Shown: piece by piece, positions 1 through 26,619 of the stretch
Numbering within the stretch: the stretch's first letter is position 1
Layout: each line of letters begins with the position of its first letter
Assembly: GCA_002269645.1 (NCBI GenBank)
Contig: NIVC01000104.1
Location: forward strand, 522,056 to 586,055
DNA from: Macrostomum lignano
Taxonomy: Eukaryota
Direction of reading: 5' to 3'
Length of the DNA: 64,000 nt
Notes under the pieces: generated by a model
The model's input: the letters and a program-made list of their open reading frames with translations, nothing else
The model's database searches: none
What the model was told of the DNA's origin: nothing
Made by a program: the position numbers and the translations under genes

Positions 1-1904
1 GTAGCTAATTAAAATAACAACTTCTAAATATATTACTAGTATAATACAGTGATACCTAGTTTTTTAGCTATAGTTACAAATTGATTATAGGCAATATACT
101 TGCTATGGAAAAATTGTGCAACTTGACTTTAATTATAGAGCATCAATTAAAGACTGAATGTTTTTACTACTATGGTTAACTCAATTTTTGTAGGATTTGC
201 TTTATAAATTGTGCTAAATGACAAGTTTCTTTAGGTTTAGGCTAGTCAAATGACTAGGCAATGTTTTTTATTGATCAATATATAAATACATTTAGTACTT
301 GTATAAACCACAAAAATGAATATTGATTGTTGTGTTTAGCAGCTTTTTTTTCTACAGGAGGGCTGACAAAAAAGTCCACTTTTGGGAATACAAATTTTAA
401 ATTTGTTGATTGCAATTGTACTTGCCTTTTGACCTTTGTCACCTAAGCATTTTCCACTTAAACTTTTGGCCACCCTGGCCCCTTTTTGCTTTTGCATTAT
501 AGCAACCTAATAGCTTTGCCAATCGTTTTTAGAAAGATAAAAGCTTTTTTTCATAGCCCAGTCTTGCACCTAGGCAGGAGCCTCTTTGGATTTTTAAAAT
601 CGTTCGTTTGGAAGCCAATCATAGCTCTTTTTTTTCAGCTTTGCATGAATTTAAGTAATTCCCATTTAGCTTACTACTCTTAGTAGCCCATATCATTTGT
701 AAATGTGTCTTTTTATATCTAGATATTGTTGCTACATTCTTTTAGATGAGATGTCTATATGGTTCGTGTGTTTAGCTATCAACAATAGCCTTTGGTTGTG
801 GATTTATTGACTTAATATTTTATGACACATGCATTTATTTGCAGCCAATGGTAGTTATTACAAACAATTTTTCTGCAAAAGTTATTCATAGATAGTTTTA
901 GTTTTCTTTATTTATTGTTCAACATTTTGTTCGTGTTTCTATCTATCTGATTAAATGATTTGACTAGCTGAGTGAGAGCAGTTGGTTTAGAGTCTGGATT
1001 CTACCTTTTAAATCGGGTTGGCCAACTTATAATTATGGCCGATAAAAGCTTTCAAAAGTTGGTCTATATTTCCTTTTTGTTGCGTTTTTATTGGCTGAGG
1101 CCCAGTTCTTCTTCCCTCCTTGCCAACCAGCCAGCATCTCCCAACTTCCCCGCAAACCCCAAGCCCTGATTTCCAATAAAAGCACGTCCTTCCTACTGCC
1201 TTTTTCTTTGGTGCAGTCTGCCGCCATTTTTCTTTCTCTAGTCCGCGTCCTATACATAAATGTGATTAGAGCATACACAGTACAAGCAGGCAGTGACAAG
1301 ATCTGGCAGCTGGCAAGCGGTGTCCACTGATTAATAGTGTTAAAGCAAAGAAAGAATAGAAACGCGTTCGGCTTTACAGGTCATCTTCTACATCTAGCCA
1401 ACTGGGTAAAAAGAATGCGATTTTTATCTATCTTTATCTGTTACTAATACTTTTGTCTTGTACAAATTTTCAACTGTCAAACAGTCTTAAAAGTATAGAA
1501 TAGTTGCGGGCTTTAGTGTCGATTTAATCTAGAATAGTGTGTAGAGTATCAAAATTTGTTCCTGTGCGCAGCTAACGGGGTAAAAACTTAATGGTAGTCT
1601 AATTAACTAATTAACAGCAATTATTTTGTTGTCATGTTATTTATATGGCTCGTCTATTTGTCTAAATATCAATTTGTTTGTTAAAAGCTCTGAAAGCTTT
1701 CAGAGAAATCATTTAGCCTACCGCACATTCCATGACTTGATTTTCCAGCAGCACCTTCAGCCAAGTAGGCTTACCAAAAAACTGCTGTGCAACCAGTCGA
1801 ATGACTCAACCCATCTCGATCCTACAGTTTTGTATAACGACAATCTTACACTGGAAAACAGATTGTCCAAACTTTTCCAGCCTGTGCGGACTGTTAAGCA
1901 AGCC

Positions 1905-4900
1905 ATGCCTATGGTGCAGCAGGAAGTTCAGCCGGCCGATGGGGTTGACGATGATTGCTTGAAGAAAATGGAGGATAACCTGACAGAGCTGGAACAGGAG
2001 TCGCAGAGCCTGTTTCAGAAGAAAATGCGATTGATGAAGGCGGAGCAACAGAGAAAGACAGAGAAGATAGAGGAAAAGCCTCGTCCGAAGAGAAGTGACA
2101 AGGAGATGAGGATTCTTGAAGTTGAAAAGGAGACAAAAAGACTAATCAAGCACAATGAAGAGCAAAAACAGTTGATACGTGAAATGGAACAGCGGCAAGA
2201 GGCTTCGAAAGAGCAAGCAAAAGAAAATGACTCTGTCTCCTCCGAGGAAAGCCAGGAATCCGAACAGCATGATCCAACTATAGATGCTGATGAAGAGGTA
2301 GCGCAGATGATGGCGTTGGCCCTAGGTTTTAACCAGGTTGACCGCACAGCTGAACCCGTCTGGGCCGAGTGGAACGACAAGTCAGATGACGACCCCATGA
2401 TTACCGATAACCCTAACGAGGTCAGTGAGTTTTGCTCTGATTTGATGAACAGTTTTGGAAGTGCATTCGAATCGCTTAAGCGCCGTGGTTATTACGATTC
2501 AAAAGATGATATTGACAGCGAGCTGATTAGAGACTACAAAGCGATGATTGCCAACAAGGACGATTTAAAATGTCTATTTGGGATCGGCAAGTGCGGTCCC
2601 AACAAGAAGCTTGACTGTCCCGTTCATACTCGTTCGGGTGCAGGTTTCAAATCAGGTGCCTTTTGCTGTCCTGGTTCAAGCAAAGATAAGCAATCAGCAC
2701 CGTCAGCTCAGTCTGATGATCATAAATCAACGTTTCGAGATGCTCAGTCATCTTCATCTCTCCAGCAACCATCAACAGCTCGAGGTGCCCGATATTCTTC
2801 ATCTCAGCAGCATCAATCAACAGCTCGAGGTGCCCGATATTCTTCATCTGAGCAGCATCAATCAACAGCTCCAGATGCTCAGTCGTCTTCATCTCGCCAG
2901 CATCAGTCAACAGCCCGAGATGCTCAATCATCTTCATCTCGCCAGCATCAGTCAACAGCCCGAGATGCTCAGCCATCTTTATCTCACCAGCATCAGTCAA
3001 CAGCTCGAGATGCTCAGTCGTCTTCAACTCGTAAACATCGAACTGAAAAATTACAGCCATCAATTTGCGATCTGCCGGCGTCGACGCCACCTGGTCAAAT
3101 GATTCTTTCAACGCCACCACAGGATCACCCGATTCCATCGACGCCACCTGATCAAATCATTCTTTCGACGCCACCGGGTCAAATAATTCTTTCGACGCCA
3201 CCTCAGGATCGGCCGATTCCATCGACCCCTCCTAATCAGCTGATTCCGCCTTCGTCAAAAATGAATCCACAGCCGCCACCATCGTCTATTGGGTCGCCAC
3301 CTAAAAAGCGTGATCGACCGGCGCAGCTTAAAGACTTGCTTTACGGATACAGTTCATCAATCTGCGAATTCTTCGAGCACGATGCTGAGTGCAAAAATCT
3401 TGTATCTGATTGTCAAAAGCGAGATTCGTCTGCACGTGATTCTACGGCCGAAACTGGTATTCAGCATGCCCATAAAGGGGATATCCTCAAACCTGTCCCA
3501 GTTAGGCAAAAGCAACTTGGAATGCCAAGAAAGGTTATGAATCTGAACTCAAACGAAGCTAATGCCCTGGAATATCAACGGCGTGGCCCAAACGAAAGGT
3601 ATTATGAAAGTATGAATCTAAGTGCGGACTATCATTACCAGGAACGTAGTCCAAGTCGTCATAAACATTCAAGTCCACATCGACGACAGGATCCAAGACA
3701 ACATCATGGATATCCAAGTCCGAAGCGTCATCGAGACTATCCAAGCCAGAGTCATCATCACCAGCATCGGAGCCCGAATTGTTCAAATCGTCAGCGGGAT
3801 TCGAACCAAAGCGCTAGTCATGAATATCCAGTTTCGAGTCGTCACCACAGATTTCCGAATTCCAGACGTCATCACGAATCTCCAAGCCCGACTCGTCTTC
3901 ATGGATCTCCAAGCCTCAGACGTCCTAACGGATATCTTAGCCCGATCCGTCCTCATGGATATCCTAGCCCGATTCGTCCTCACGGATATCATAGCCCGAT
4001 CCGTCCTCGTGGGTATCCTGGTCCAATCCGTCCTCACGGATCTCCAAGCTCCAGGCGTCCTCACGTATCTCCAAGCTCCAGGCGTCCTCACGTATCTCCA
4101 AGCTCCAGGCGTCCTCATGGATCTCCAAGCTCCAGGCGTCCTCACGGATCTCTAAGCTCCAGGCGTCCTCATGAATCTCCAAGCTCCAGACGTCCTCAAA
4201 GATCTCCAAGCCCGAGACGTCATTACGGATCCCCCAGCTCCAGGCGTCCTCACAGATATCCAAGCCCGCTACGTCATCACGGATCACCAAGCCCGAGTCG
4301 CCATCACGGATATCGTAGCCCGCTACGTCATCACGGATCTCCAAGCCCGAGTCGTCATCACGGATCTCCAAGTCCGAGTCGTCATCACGGATCTCCAAGT
4401 CCGAGTCGTCATCACGGATCTCCAAGCCCGAGTCGTCAGCACGGATCTCCAAGCCTGAGCTGTCATCGCGGATATCCTAGCCCGAGCCGTCATCGCGGAT
4501 ATCCTAGCCCGAGCCGTCATCGCGGATATCCTAGCCCGAGCCGTCGTCGTGATCCGAGCCCAAATCTTCACCAACAGCGGTCAAGCAAGGTAAACATTAT
4601 AAATCCGCACTCATCCGGTGCCGTCTCATCTAACCATCGCTCTCGCTCTGACAATCGCGCTAGGCATCGCAGCAGTCATGACAGTCATTGTAGCATTGAC
4701 TCGCACGCTACTAGCATCGCTGAGAGCTACTCAAACAGCCAGCAAAGTCGGAATCATCGGCGCCTCGACGAAAAGAGAACAGAGCAGGGCCTTGAACGTC
4801 GCAATTCGATCGATTATCAAATTGGTGCAGATTGGATAACTCGCTTAATGACGGGCTGCAGTGGCCAGACTAACGGTTCTGACATTGAAGCTTCGCGCTA

Positions 4901-5339
4901 TTTGGACACTAGAAGTAACAGAGAGATCGGAAACGACGCCAGAAGTAGAAGCGATCGCTTTAACAAAAGAGATCACAATACTATGAGAAACGATGGAACT
5001 GGTCGCTGTCGAACTCGCGAGAGTAGTGCTAGATACGTTGACAAAAAATCTAATAATTCACCAGTTGGCCGCTACGTCGCTGCCAACGATGCCAGCTTGC
5101 TAGGAGACATCGACAACGAAGTTGGCGCGACTTCGTCCAAATCCAGCGATTCTAGCCGCCGTCCGGAGATTTACTGGAAAGTTACCAAAGTGCCCAACGA
5201 GCCGGGCGCGGCCGCTAAATTCGTTGCTGAATTGAACGCCGCCAATGAGAATGGCGGAGCCGATCCAAATAATATTGACGAGCCTCTCGTACTGCACACT
5301 ATTCAGGTGTCTACGCCGAAATGTCTGCGGTCCGGCTAG
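1905..5339 (+). CDS. Intronless orphan protein (~1144 aa): N-terminal coiled-coil/acidic region, Cys/His cluster, then Ser/Gln-, Pro- and His/Arg/Ser/Pro-rich tandem repeats
   Basis: The frame is open from 1626 to 5339. The first ATG (gccATG) is at 1905, just after an acceptor-like ttttccAG at 1880. AATAAA at 5638. Non-repetitive N- and C-terminal parts stay open over more than 1.5 kb. No family recognised. Confidence 0.7.
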   Translation: MPMVQQEVQPADGVDDDCLKKMEDNLTELEQESQSLFQKKMRLMKAEQQRKTEKIEEKPRPKRSDKEMRILEVEKETKRLIKHNEEQKQLIREMEQRQEASKEQAKENDSVSSEESQESEQHDPTIDADEEVAQMMALALGFNQVDRTAEPVWAEWNDKSDDDPMITDNPNEVSEFCSDLMNSFGSAFESLKRRGYYDSKDDIDSELIRDYKAMIANKDDLKCLFGIGKCGPNKKLDCPVHTRSGAGFKSGAFCCPGSSKDKQSAPSAQSDDHKSTFRDAQSSSSLQQPSTARGARYSSSQQHQSTARGARYSSSEQHQSTAPDAQSSSSRQHQSTARDAQSSSSRQHQSTARDAQPSLSHQHQSTARDAQSSSTRKHRTEKLQPSICDLPASTPPGQMILSTPPQDHPIPSTPPDQIILSTPPGQIILSTPPQDRPIPSTPPNQLIPPSSKMNPQPPPSSIGSPPKKRDRPAQLKDLLYGYSSSICEFFEHDAECKNLVSDCQKRDSSARDSTAETGIQHAHKGDILKPVPVRQKQLGMPRKVMNLNSNEANALEYQRRGPNERYYESMNLSADYHYQERSPSRHKHSSPHRRQDPRQHHGYPSPKRHRDYPSQSHHHQHRSPNCSNRQRDSNQSASHEYPVSSRHHRFPNSRRHHESPSPTRLHGSPSLRRPNGYLSPIRPHGYPSPIRPHGYHSPIRPRGYPGPIRPHGSPSSRRPHVSPSSRRPHVSPSSRRPHGSPSSRRPHGSLSSRRPHESPSSRRPQRSPSPRRHYGSPSSRRPHRYPSPLRHHGSPSPSRHHGYRSPLRHHGSPSPSRHHGSPSPSRHHGSPSPSRHHGSPSPSRQHGSPSLSCHRGYPSPSRHRGYPSPSRHRGYPSPSRRRDPSPNLHQQRSSKVNIINPHSSGAVSSNHRSRSDNRARHRSSHDSHCSIDSHATSIAESYSNSQQSRNHRRLDEKRTEQGLERRNSIDYQIGADWITRLMTGCSGQTNGSDIEASRYLDTRSNREIGNDARSRSDRFNKRDHNTMRNDGTGRCRTRESSARYVDKKSNNSPVGRYVAANDASLLGDIDNEVGATSSKSSDSSRRPEIYWKVTKVPNEPGAAAKFVAELNAANENGGADPNNIDEPLVLHTIQVSTPKCLRSG

Positions 5340-6661
5340 TAGAGAAGAGAAAGACAGCAAAGCGGAGAGCAATGCAGTCGACGTCAGAGAGTGTTTTGGT
5401 AGTTTAATGAACTCTAGTATCGAAAATTTATGGAATATTCAGTTAGTTTTTTCTGACAGTTTCTTAGTTCATTTATTTTAGAATGTTTTTGGCGTGCAAA
5501 GCCATAAAAAAGAACACTTTTTTGTTTTTTTCAAGTTTTTAAAAGGCTTTGTTCCTTTTGCATTTGAATATTTTTCCTTTTTTGTTTGAATAACCCTTGG
5601 CCAGTCCAGATTAGGGATGATTTTTGTTCTTTTTTTTAATAAAATACGCTAATGTCAATATGACAAGAACAATCACGCTCGTACATGCGCAATACTCAAC
5701 CGAGCCGGCTGGCTGGCGAGAGGCCCAGCCAACGTAAGTCGCAAAAGTGCCCACCAAAGCAATATACAGACGAAGTACTAATTAGACGACAAGGCATTTA
5801 GCCTTAATTATACAGCTATAGTTACTCCTGCCGTTTACTCAAAATTCCTTTAGTTTTGCTTAGGTTTCTTTCATAACTAAGTCGCTATTTTGGTCAAAAG
5901 TCGCACGGCCGCTGTAAATCGGGGGGGGGGGGTTGCGCATGTATGAGAACAATACTCGAAAGCATTAAAAATGGCAAGAATCTAATTAGTAGTTTATTAG
6001 TTACTCATTGTTATAAATAGAATTTCTGATTTCCTAATTTATTATAAAGTGTTGCCAACGCGTTTTCAATTAGCTGTTGTTTTTTACAGTCTTCCCTGAA
6101 ATGCTTGACTTGCTTAATAAATTTAATATGTCAACAGTCATTGTTCACATAAAGTATCTCTGTGTGTTGCTTGCCATTGTTTATTTCTGAAATCATCTAA
6201 AATTAAAAAAATAATATTTTGCTACTTAATACTTTGTTGTTAATAATTCGTTGCTACGAAATTCCAGCCCCGATGGGTTTTGTTATGCTTTTTCCTAATT
6301 TCCTAACTTTTTTCGTTATTTTCCGTTTATTTCTCTAGTTTATTGTTTCTTCCAGTTTACTGTTTACAAGTAATCTTGCGCTATTACTTTTTCATAGCGG
6401 TTTTTTCCTGCTCAGCAATACATTGGTTGGTGCAAGCTTTTCACAGCGTATTTAGACAATTTAGCCATTGAGTCGGAGAGATTTATGAGGAGTCTGTCTG
6501 AGCAGAATTTTCTAGGATTTTGGATGAAAATTTGATTGATCCAGTCTCCGTGTTTCACAGTTGTTATTTCTTTGCTGAAGATAATCTGAATTGGGCACTG
6601 TACAATTTCTATTCAAAATCATCAGGCTCATCTGTGTTGCTTAACCTGGTGCAGGGATCAT

Positions 6662-7610
6662 CGCAGCAGTTCACCAATTATCAGTTCACCAATTTCCCAA
6701 GTCACCACAACAGTTCACCAATATCCCAGAGAGCCACAACGTTTCACCAAGTTTTGAAGTTACCACACCACTTCACTAATCCCAGAAAGCCACAACATTT
6801 CACCAAATTATCAAGTCGCCACAACAGTTCACCAATATCCCAGAGAGCCACAACGGTTCACCAAATTCTCAAGTCGCCAAAACAGTTCACTAATCCCAGA
6901 AAGCCACAATAGTTCCCAGAAAGGCACAACAGTTCACCAATTTTAGAGAGCCACAACGGTTCACCAATATCTCGAAAAGCTACAACAGTTAACCAAATTC
7001 TCAAGTCGCCACAACAGTTCACCAAATTCTCAAGTCGCCACAACAGTTCACCAATATCCCCAGAAGCCACAACAGTTCACCAATATCCCCAAAACCACAA
7101 CAGTTCACCAATTACCCCAGATCGCCACAACAGTTTACCAATATCCCCAGAAGCCACAACAGTTCACCAATATCCCCAGATCGCCACAACAGTTCACCCC
7201 AGAAGCCACAACAGTTCAACAATTACCCCAGATCGCCACAACAGTTTACCAATATCCCAAAAAGCCACAACAGTTCACCAATATCCCGAGAAGCCACAAC
7301 AGTTCACCAATATCCCAAAAAGCCACAACAGTTCACCAATATCCCGAGAAGCCACAACAGTTCACCAATATCCCGAGAAGCCACAACAGTTCACCAATAT
7401 CCCTAGAAGCCACAACAGTTCAACAATTACCCCAGATCGCCACAACAGTTCACCAAATTCCCAAGTCACTACAACAGTTCACCAATATCTCAAAAAGCTA
7501 CAACAGCTCACCAAATTCCCAGAAAGTAAAACAGCTCACCAATATCCCAGAAAGCCACTGCAGTTCACCAATATCCCAGAAAGTCACAACACAACAGTTC
7601 ACCAATTTTC
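6662..7610. repeat. Minisatellite, ~29-bp unit AAGCCACAACAGTTCACCAATATCCCAGA
   Basis: Tandem copies read directly; degenerate at both ends. Confidence 0.95.
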
Positions 7611-8863
7611 CAGGTTCTCGATTTGATTCACCTAACGCTTTTATAGCTTAATAGCTTTAGATACGAAAATTGTAGTGTTAGCCTAGCTTTTATTTTGCTT
7701 TGGGAAAAGAAGATCGCAGAAGGTTGAAATGTGCCAACCTAGAAACTATATATTATTGACCTTGACTGGCCTGTAACAGATAGGATCAAGAAATAGTTAC
7801 CATAAAGCTGGGGTTAGCAGCACTGAAATCCCGCTGAATTGGCGCTCCCTTTGCTGATTATCAAGCATCTGTAGGTCCATTCTGCATGCAGTTTCACTCC
7901 TATATCTTTCTCCCCATGCCCCTCCTCTCTGCAGCCTCTCAGCATATCGAAATTCACTCGCGCCAAAACCTGCGTTCTGGGTGTGTTTAGTGCGGCGCAT
8001 CAACCTACTGGAGGCCACGTACATTTTATACAAAATCATTCCGCCATATGCATATAAGAAGATCTAATTTGCATATAATACTATATATTGCATGATTCTG
8101 ATCGATTAGTTAACAGTTGCCGTAAACTGTTAACTAAGCATGTACTCGTACGGGTCGTACCGGTGTATTATACGTCTAATATCTATATACGAGTAATATT
8201 CTAATCTGACTGCTGGTAACTGGTAGATTCAGTAAGTCCATGCATCGCACTGCACTTCATCCCTAGTTTTATGCACACAGAATATGCAGCGGCATCCGCT
8301 AGCAGCCTAACAACCTGCTACATCACTACATGCGGTGTAATAACTGACAGGCCCTTATATACCCATGTATAAGCAGCAGCGAATATACTAGTATAGTTTA
8401 TGACTCTGATACAACCTTCGAAATTTGAATATGTATACGCGAGTATGCGCGTTATGCACTATCGGACTGAAGGAACAGTATTTTTATGATTACACTGAAA
8501 TAATTAGGTTGGCTGCTGTTTGCCTTAGTTACGGTTGCTGTAGCTATAGCAAATTTGAACGCTTCTTCCACTGGGTGCAACCGTGCAATTTCATCATAAA
8601 TAATAGTACACATAATTTCTCTACTATTATTGTACACAACTGTCATTGCCTATACATGTATTTATTAAGGGTTTTCTTTTGTTAGTCTGAAGTCTAAATT
8701 AATTTGTTAGTCGAAGGCTCGAGGGCGCAAAGTAAATAGTGCCCGGAAAATAGCGTGCTTTATCAGAATCTCATATAGAGCATGTACCATGTATACATAA
8801 TTCCCATAGACAAATGGTTGAAAAATAAAGCCCGCTAACTTGATTTACTGCTTGGAATAGCGG

Positions 8864-10163
8864 CATAGGCGAAGGAACAGGGGGGCCAGTGGGGCCATGG
8901 CCCCCCACTTTTTAAAATGGGGGGGGCAGTAATGGTATCTGGCCCCTTCACATTTTAAATGTAAAATGTAGACTTCTTGCTTATTTTTGGTTTTTGCTAC
9001 TTTGCATGAATGCATTTTGCTGCAGGGTGACAAAACATGGTGCCTGCGGTGCTAAAATGAGTGCCTGCGGCGCTAAAATGAGTGCCTGCGGCTCTAAAAT
9101 GAGTGCCTGCAGCGCTAAAATGAGTGCCTGCGGCGCTAAGATGAGCGCTTGCGGCGCCAAAATGAGTGTCTTCAGCGCTAAATAAAATGAGTGCCTGCGG
9201 TGCTAAAATGAGTGCCTGCGGCTCTAAAATGAGTGCCTGCGGCTCTAAAATGAGTGCCTGCAGCGCTAAAATGAGTGCCTGCGGCGCTAAGATGAGTGCC
9301 TGCAGCGCTAAATAAAATGAGTGCCTGCGGTGCTAAAATGAGTGCCTGCGGCGCTAAAATGAGTGCCTGCGGTGCTAAAATGAGTGCCTGCGGCGCTAAA
9401 ATGAGTGCCTGCGGTGCTAAAATGAGTGCCTGCGGCGCTAAAATGAGTGCCTGCGGCTCTAAAATGAGTGCCTGCGGCTCTAAAATGAGTGCCTGCGGCT
9501 CTAAAATGAGCGCCTGCAGCGCTAAAATGAGTGCCTGCAGCGCTAAAATGAGTGCCTGCAGCGCTAAAATGAGTGCCTGCGGTGCTAAAATGAGTGCCTG
9601 CGGCGCTAAAATGAGTGCCTGCGGCTCTAAAATGAGTGCCTGCGGCTCTAAAATGAGTGTCTGCAGCGCTAAAATGAGTGCCTGCGGCGCCAAAATGAGT
9701 GTCTGCAGCGCTAAAATGAGTGCCTGCGGCGCTAAGATGAGCGCTTGCGGCGCCAAAATGAGTGTCTGCAGCGCTAAATAAAATGAGTGCCTGCGGCGCT
9801 AAAATGAGTGCCTGCGGCTCTAAAATGAGTGCCTGCAGCGCTAAAATGAGTGCCTGCGGCGCTAAGATGAGTGCCTGCGGCGCTAAGATGAGTGCCTGCG
9901 GCGCTATATAAAATGAGTGCCTGCGGCGCTAAAATGAGTGCCTGCAGCGCTAAATAAAATGAGTGCCTGCGGCGCTAAAATGAGTGCCTGCAGCGCTTTA
10001 TAAAATGAGTGTTGACAAGATGGATTCTGAAAATAATCGGTACATGATAATGTGCATTTTCCATATAAAAAAATATAACTCGACGGGGGTTAGCGCCCCC
10101 CCCCCCCTCCTAAATCCGTCACTGAACCTGGCCCCCACTTTTTGAAACGTTCCTACGCCTATG
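8864..10163. mobile_element. Non-autonomous hAT-type DNA transposon (1300 bp) carrying an internal 21-bp minisatellite
   Basis: Left TIR CATAGGCGAAGGAAC; right-end reverse complement CATAGGCGTAGGAAC (14/15). Exact 8-bp TSD AATAGCGG at 8856-8863 and 10164-10171. An 8-bp TSD is typical of hAT elements. Confidence 0.85.
9040..10010. repeat. Minisatellite, 21-bp unit GCCTGCGGCGCTAAAATGAGT
   Basis: About 45 tandem copies; explains the MSACGAK and APQALIL ORFs. Confidence 0.97.
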
Positions 10164-10875
10164 AATAGCGGGCAATATAAGGCTCGCACCATGCTCTATT
10201 ACAAAGGAATTCATAAGTAGCTATATATTAAGCAAATAAATTTTTGATAGCTAGCCAGCTTAGTCCGTTAGTTAGTGAGTTACAGTACAGTGTAGTTAGC
10301 TGTATTACTCGTATGATAGACTTGCTATTAACAGTCTGTTAAGCTAGTTATTTTTACGCATATAGCAGCTTCTGCCTTCTCGTACTTTAAAGATTTGTCT
10401 ATTTTGTTTCTTTAACCCGAGTTTTCCTAAAAGTGTTTCATTATAGAGGCGTTCTATTATAGTAATTACTCTACATATTATGAGAGTAATAATAGTCTGA
10501 TTCTTTCCCTCTCAGCCCCTTACCCCTTGACCCACAATGTACATCAATTCCGCCTTTATCTATCCACCTCTCTCTCACACCCTTAACCCAACCCCAGGCG
10601 TCCTTATAAATGTACATTATAGGGACCGTTAACTTCTACCAGACTGTTCAGTTTGAATTGATTTTAACTTAAACCAGACAGCCCGATCCTCTCTCCCGAA
10701 AATTTTAATCTAAATTGGCTAGCCTTCTCTTCCTTTCGGGTCCGTCGTAATTTTAACGCCTCTCTAGTCCATCCGATTGTTTATCACCGGACTACGAGCC
10801 GCCGCTTATTTAATCGACCCCTCGCTATCCAAAACAAAACAGGCAGTTCTCGCTCGCTCCTGTCCTGTGGAATAA

Positions 10876-25175
<14,300 letters not shown>

Positions 25176-26619
25176 CTTGAAATGCATATCACAATAATTC
25201 ATTTAGCTTAGCTCACTAGGTGTCACTTACCACTCCCTCCGAGTTCGAATCGAATTAATGCACAGTTGTTATTTAATGCATGCTTTATTTAATTCCTCAC
25301 TGTGTAGTGTAGCACAGTGCCGCCACTGTCCTTCTGGAGGTGGGGGTCAATTCAGGTCACGCAATGCCTTTTTGAAGGTCAATTCAGGTCATGCAGGGTC
25401 ATTTTAGGTCACATTATAAAATATCACTGTCCTTCTGAAGGTTATTTGAGGTCACGCATTCTGGAGGGTCAATTGAGGTCACGCAATGCCCCTGTCTATA
25501 TGATGGGTTATTTCAGGTCAAATGCCCATGTGTCAATGAGAGGACATTTAAGGTCAATTCTATAATTTTCTTGCATTCATAGTGTGCACTTTTAATTAAT
25601 CAAATCGAGTACTTATTCTTGTCTTGCCTTTCCAGCTTGCACAATTTACTCTATGCATAATTTGCTGTACAGGGGCAGCAGGTTGTTAGTGCAAGCTTAT
25701 TATTTCATTGCCATAGCATTGAGTGCACTTGCACTTGTACATGCGTCAAGTTCATTTGTCCATAGGAAAGCGAACAAATACACAAAAGATAAGCTAATTC
25801 AGTCAGTATCTAAGCTTTCTATAAAGACGGTCTTGTTGCCTATTCTGCAAGTGTTATTCTTCAACTACTTTGAGTAGTGCTAACACGAAAAAAATCGTGT
25901 CGCGAGCGAACCAAGCCCCTTTAATTTGATTTTCTCAGAAGAAGAAAAATTGAATGCACAGTTTGTGCGTTTTTTTTAATTGCGACTCTGTTCCTATCGG
26001 TTTGTTGCTGTTTAAGTTTTCTTTTAGTTTCAATATCGTTCTGTTCGTGTATGAATTCTTATCCTGTTTTTCATCCGCTTTTTTGGTTTTTGGTGTCCGG
26101 AATGAGCTTGCTTATTGCACTACTTACCCCGGCTTTGGCAAGTGAGTAGTGCGAAACGCGAATTATCCAATTATAATCATAGTTTAAGTATATAATCTCA
26201 GTTATTTTCTGTTCAGTTAATTTTTGTTTAATATCCATTTGGCAGGCCAATACGCCTGGATTATAAGACTGTTACTAATTTTATAAAATAGTTTGTCGCC
26301 GGAACTAAGCAAGCACAACTTCATTTTTACAAGTACAAATTAATAGTTAGCTACTATATGCTTTTTGTTGAGCTAAATTGGGCTTGGCGTTAATCGAATT
26401 TAATTGTAATGTTTTATGGCTGTTTATTGTTTAATGTTGTCTCATCACCAGCTTCAATGTTTAGTTTGGTTTTATTTTGTAATGCACTGTGAAATCCCAC
26501 TGATTCCACAGTTGCTCACACGTATGTAATAATAAATCCTCTGTGTGTTGAAATCTTAGACACCAGCTCACCGTTATTGCCAGATCCTCATAACTGTCGC
26601 TGGTGACTTCCGATGGTGT

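Noticed and set aside
352-478. Possible Tc1-like mini-element (right end ACTTTTGGCCACCCTG)
   Set aside because: The left end matches poorly and there is no TA duplication on the right.
1626-1904. TTG-initiated N-terminal extension of the large ORF
   Set aside because: Non-ATG start, AT-rich composition, and an acceptor-like site at 1880; ATG 1905 is more plausible.
25240-25255. GTTCGAATC as a tRNA T-loop/B box
   Set aside because: No cloverleaf or A box around it.
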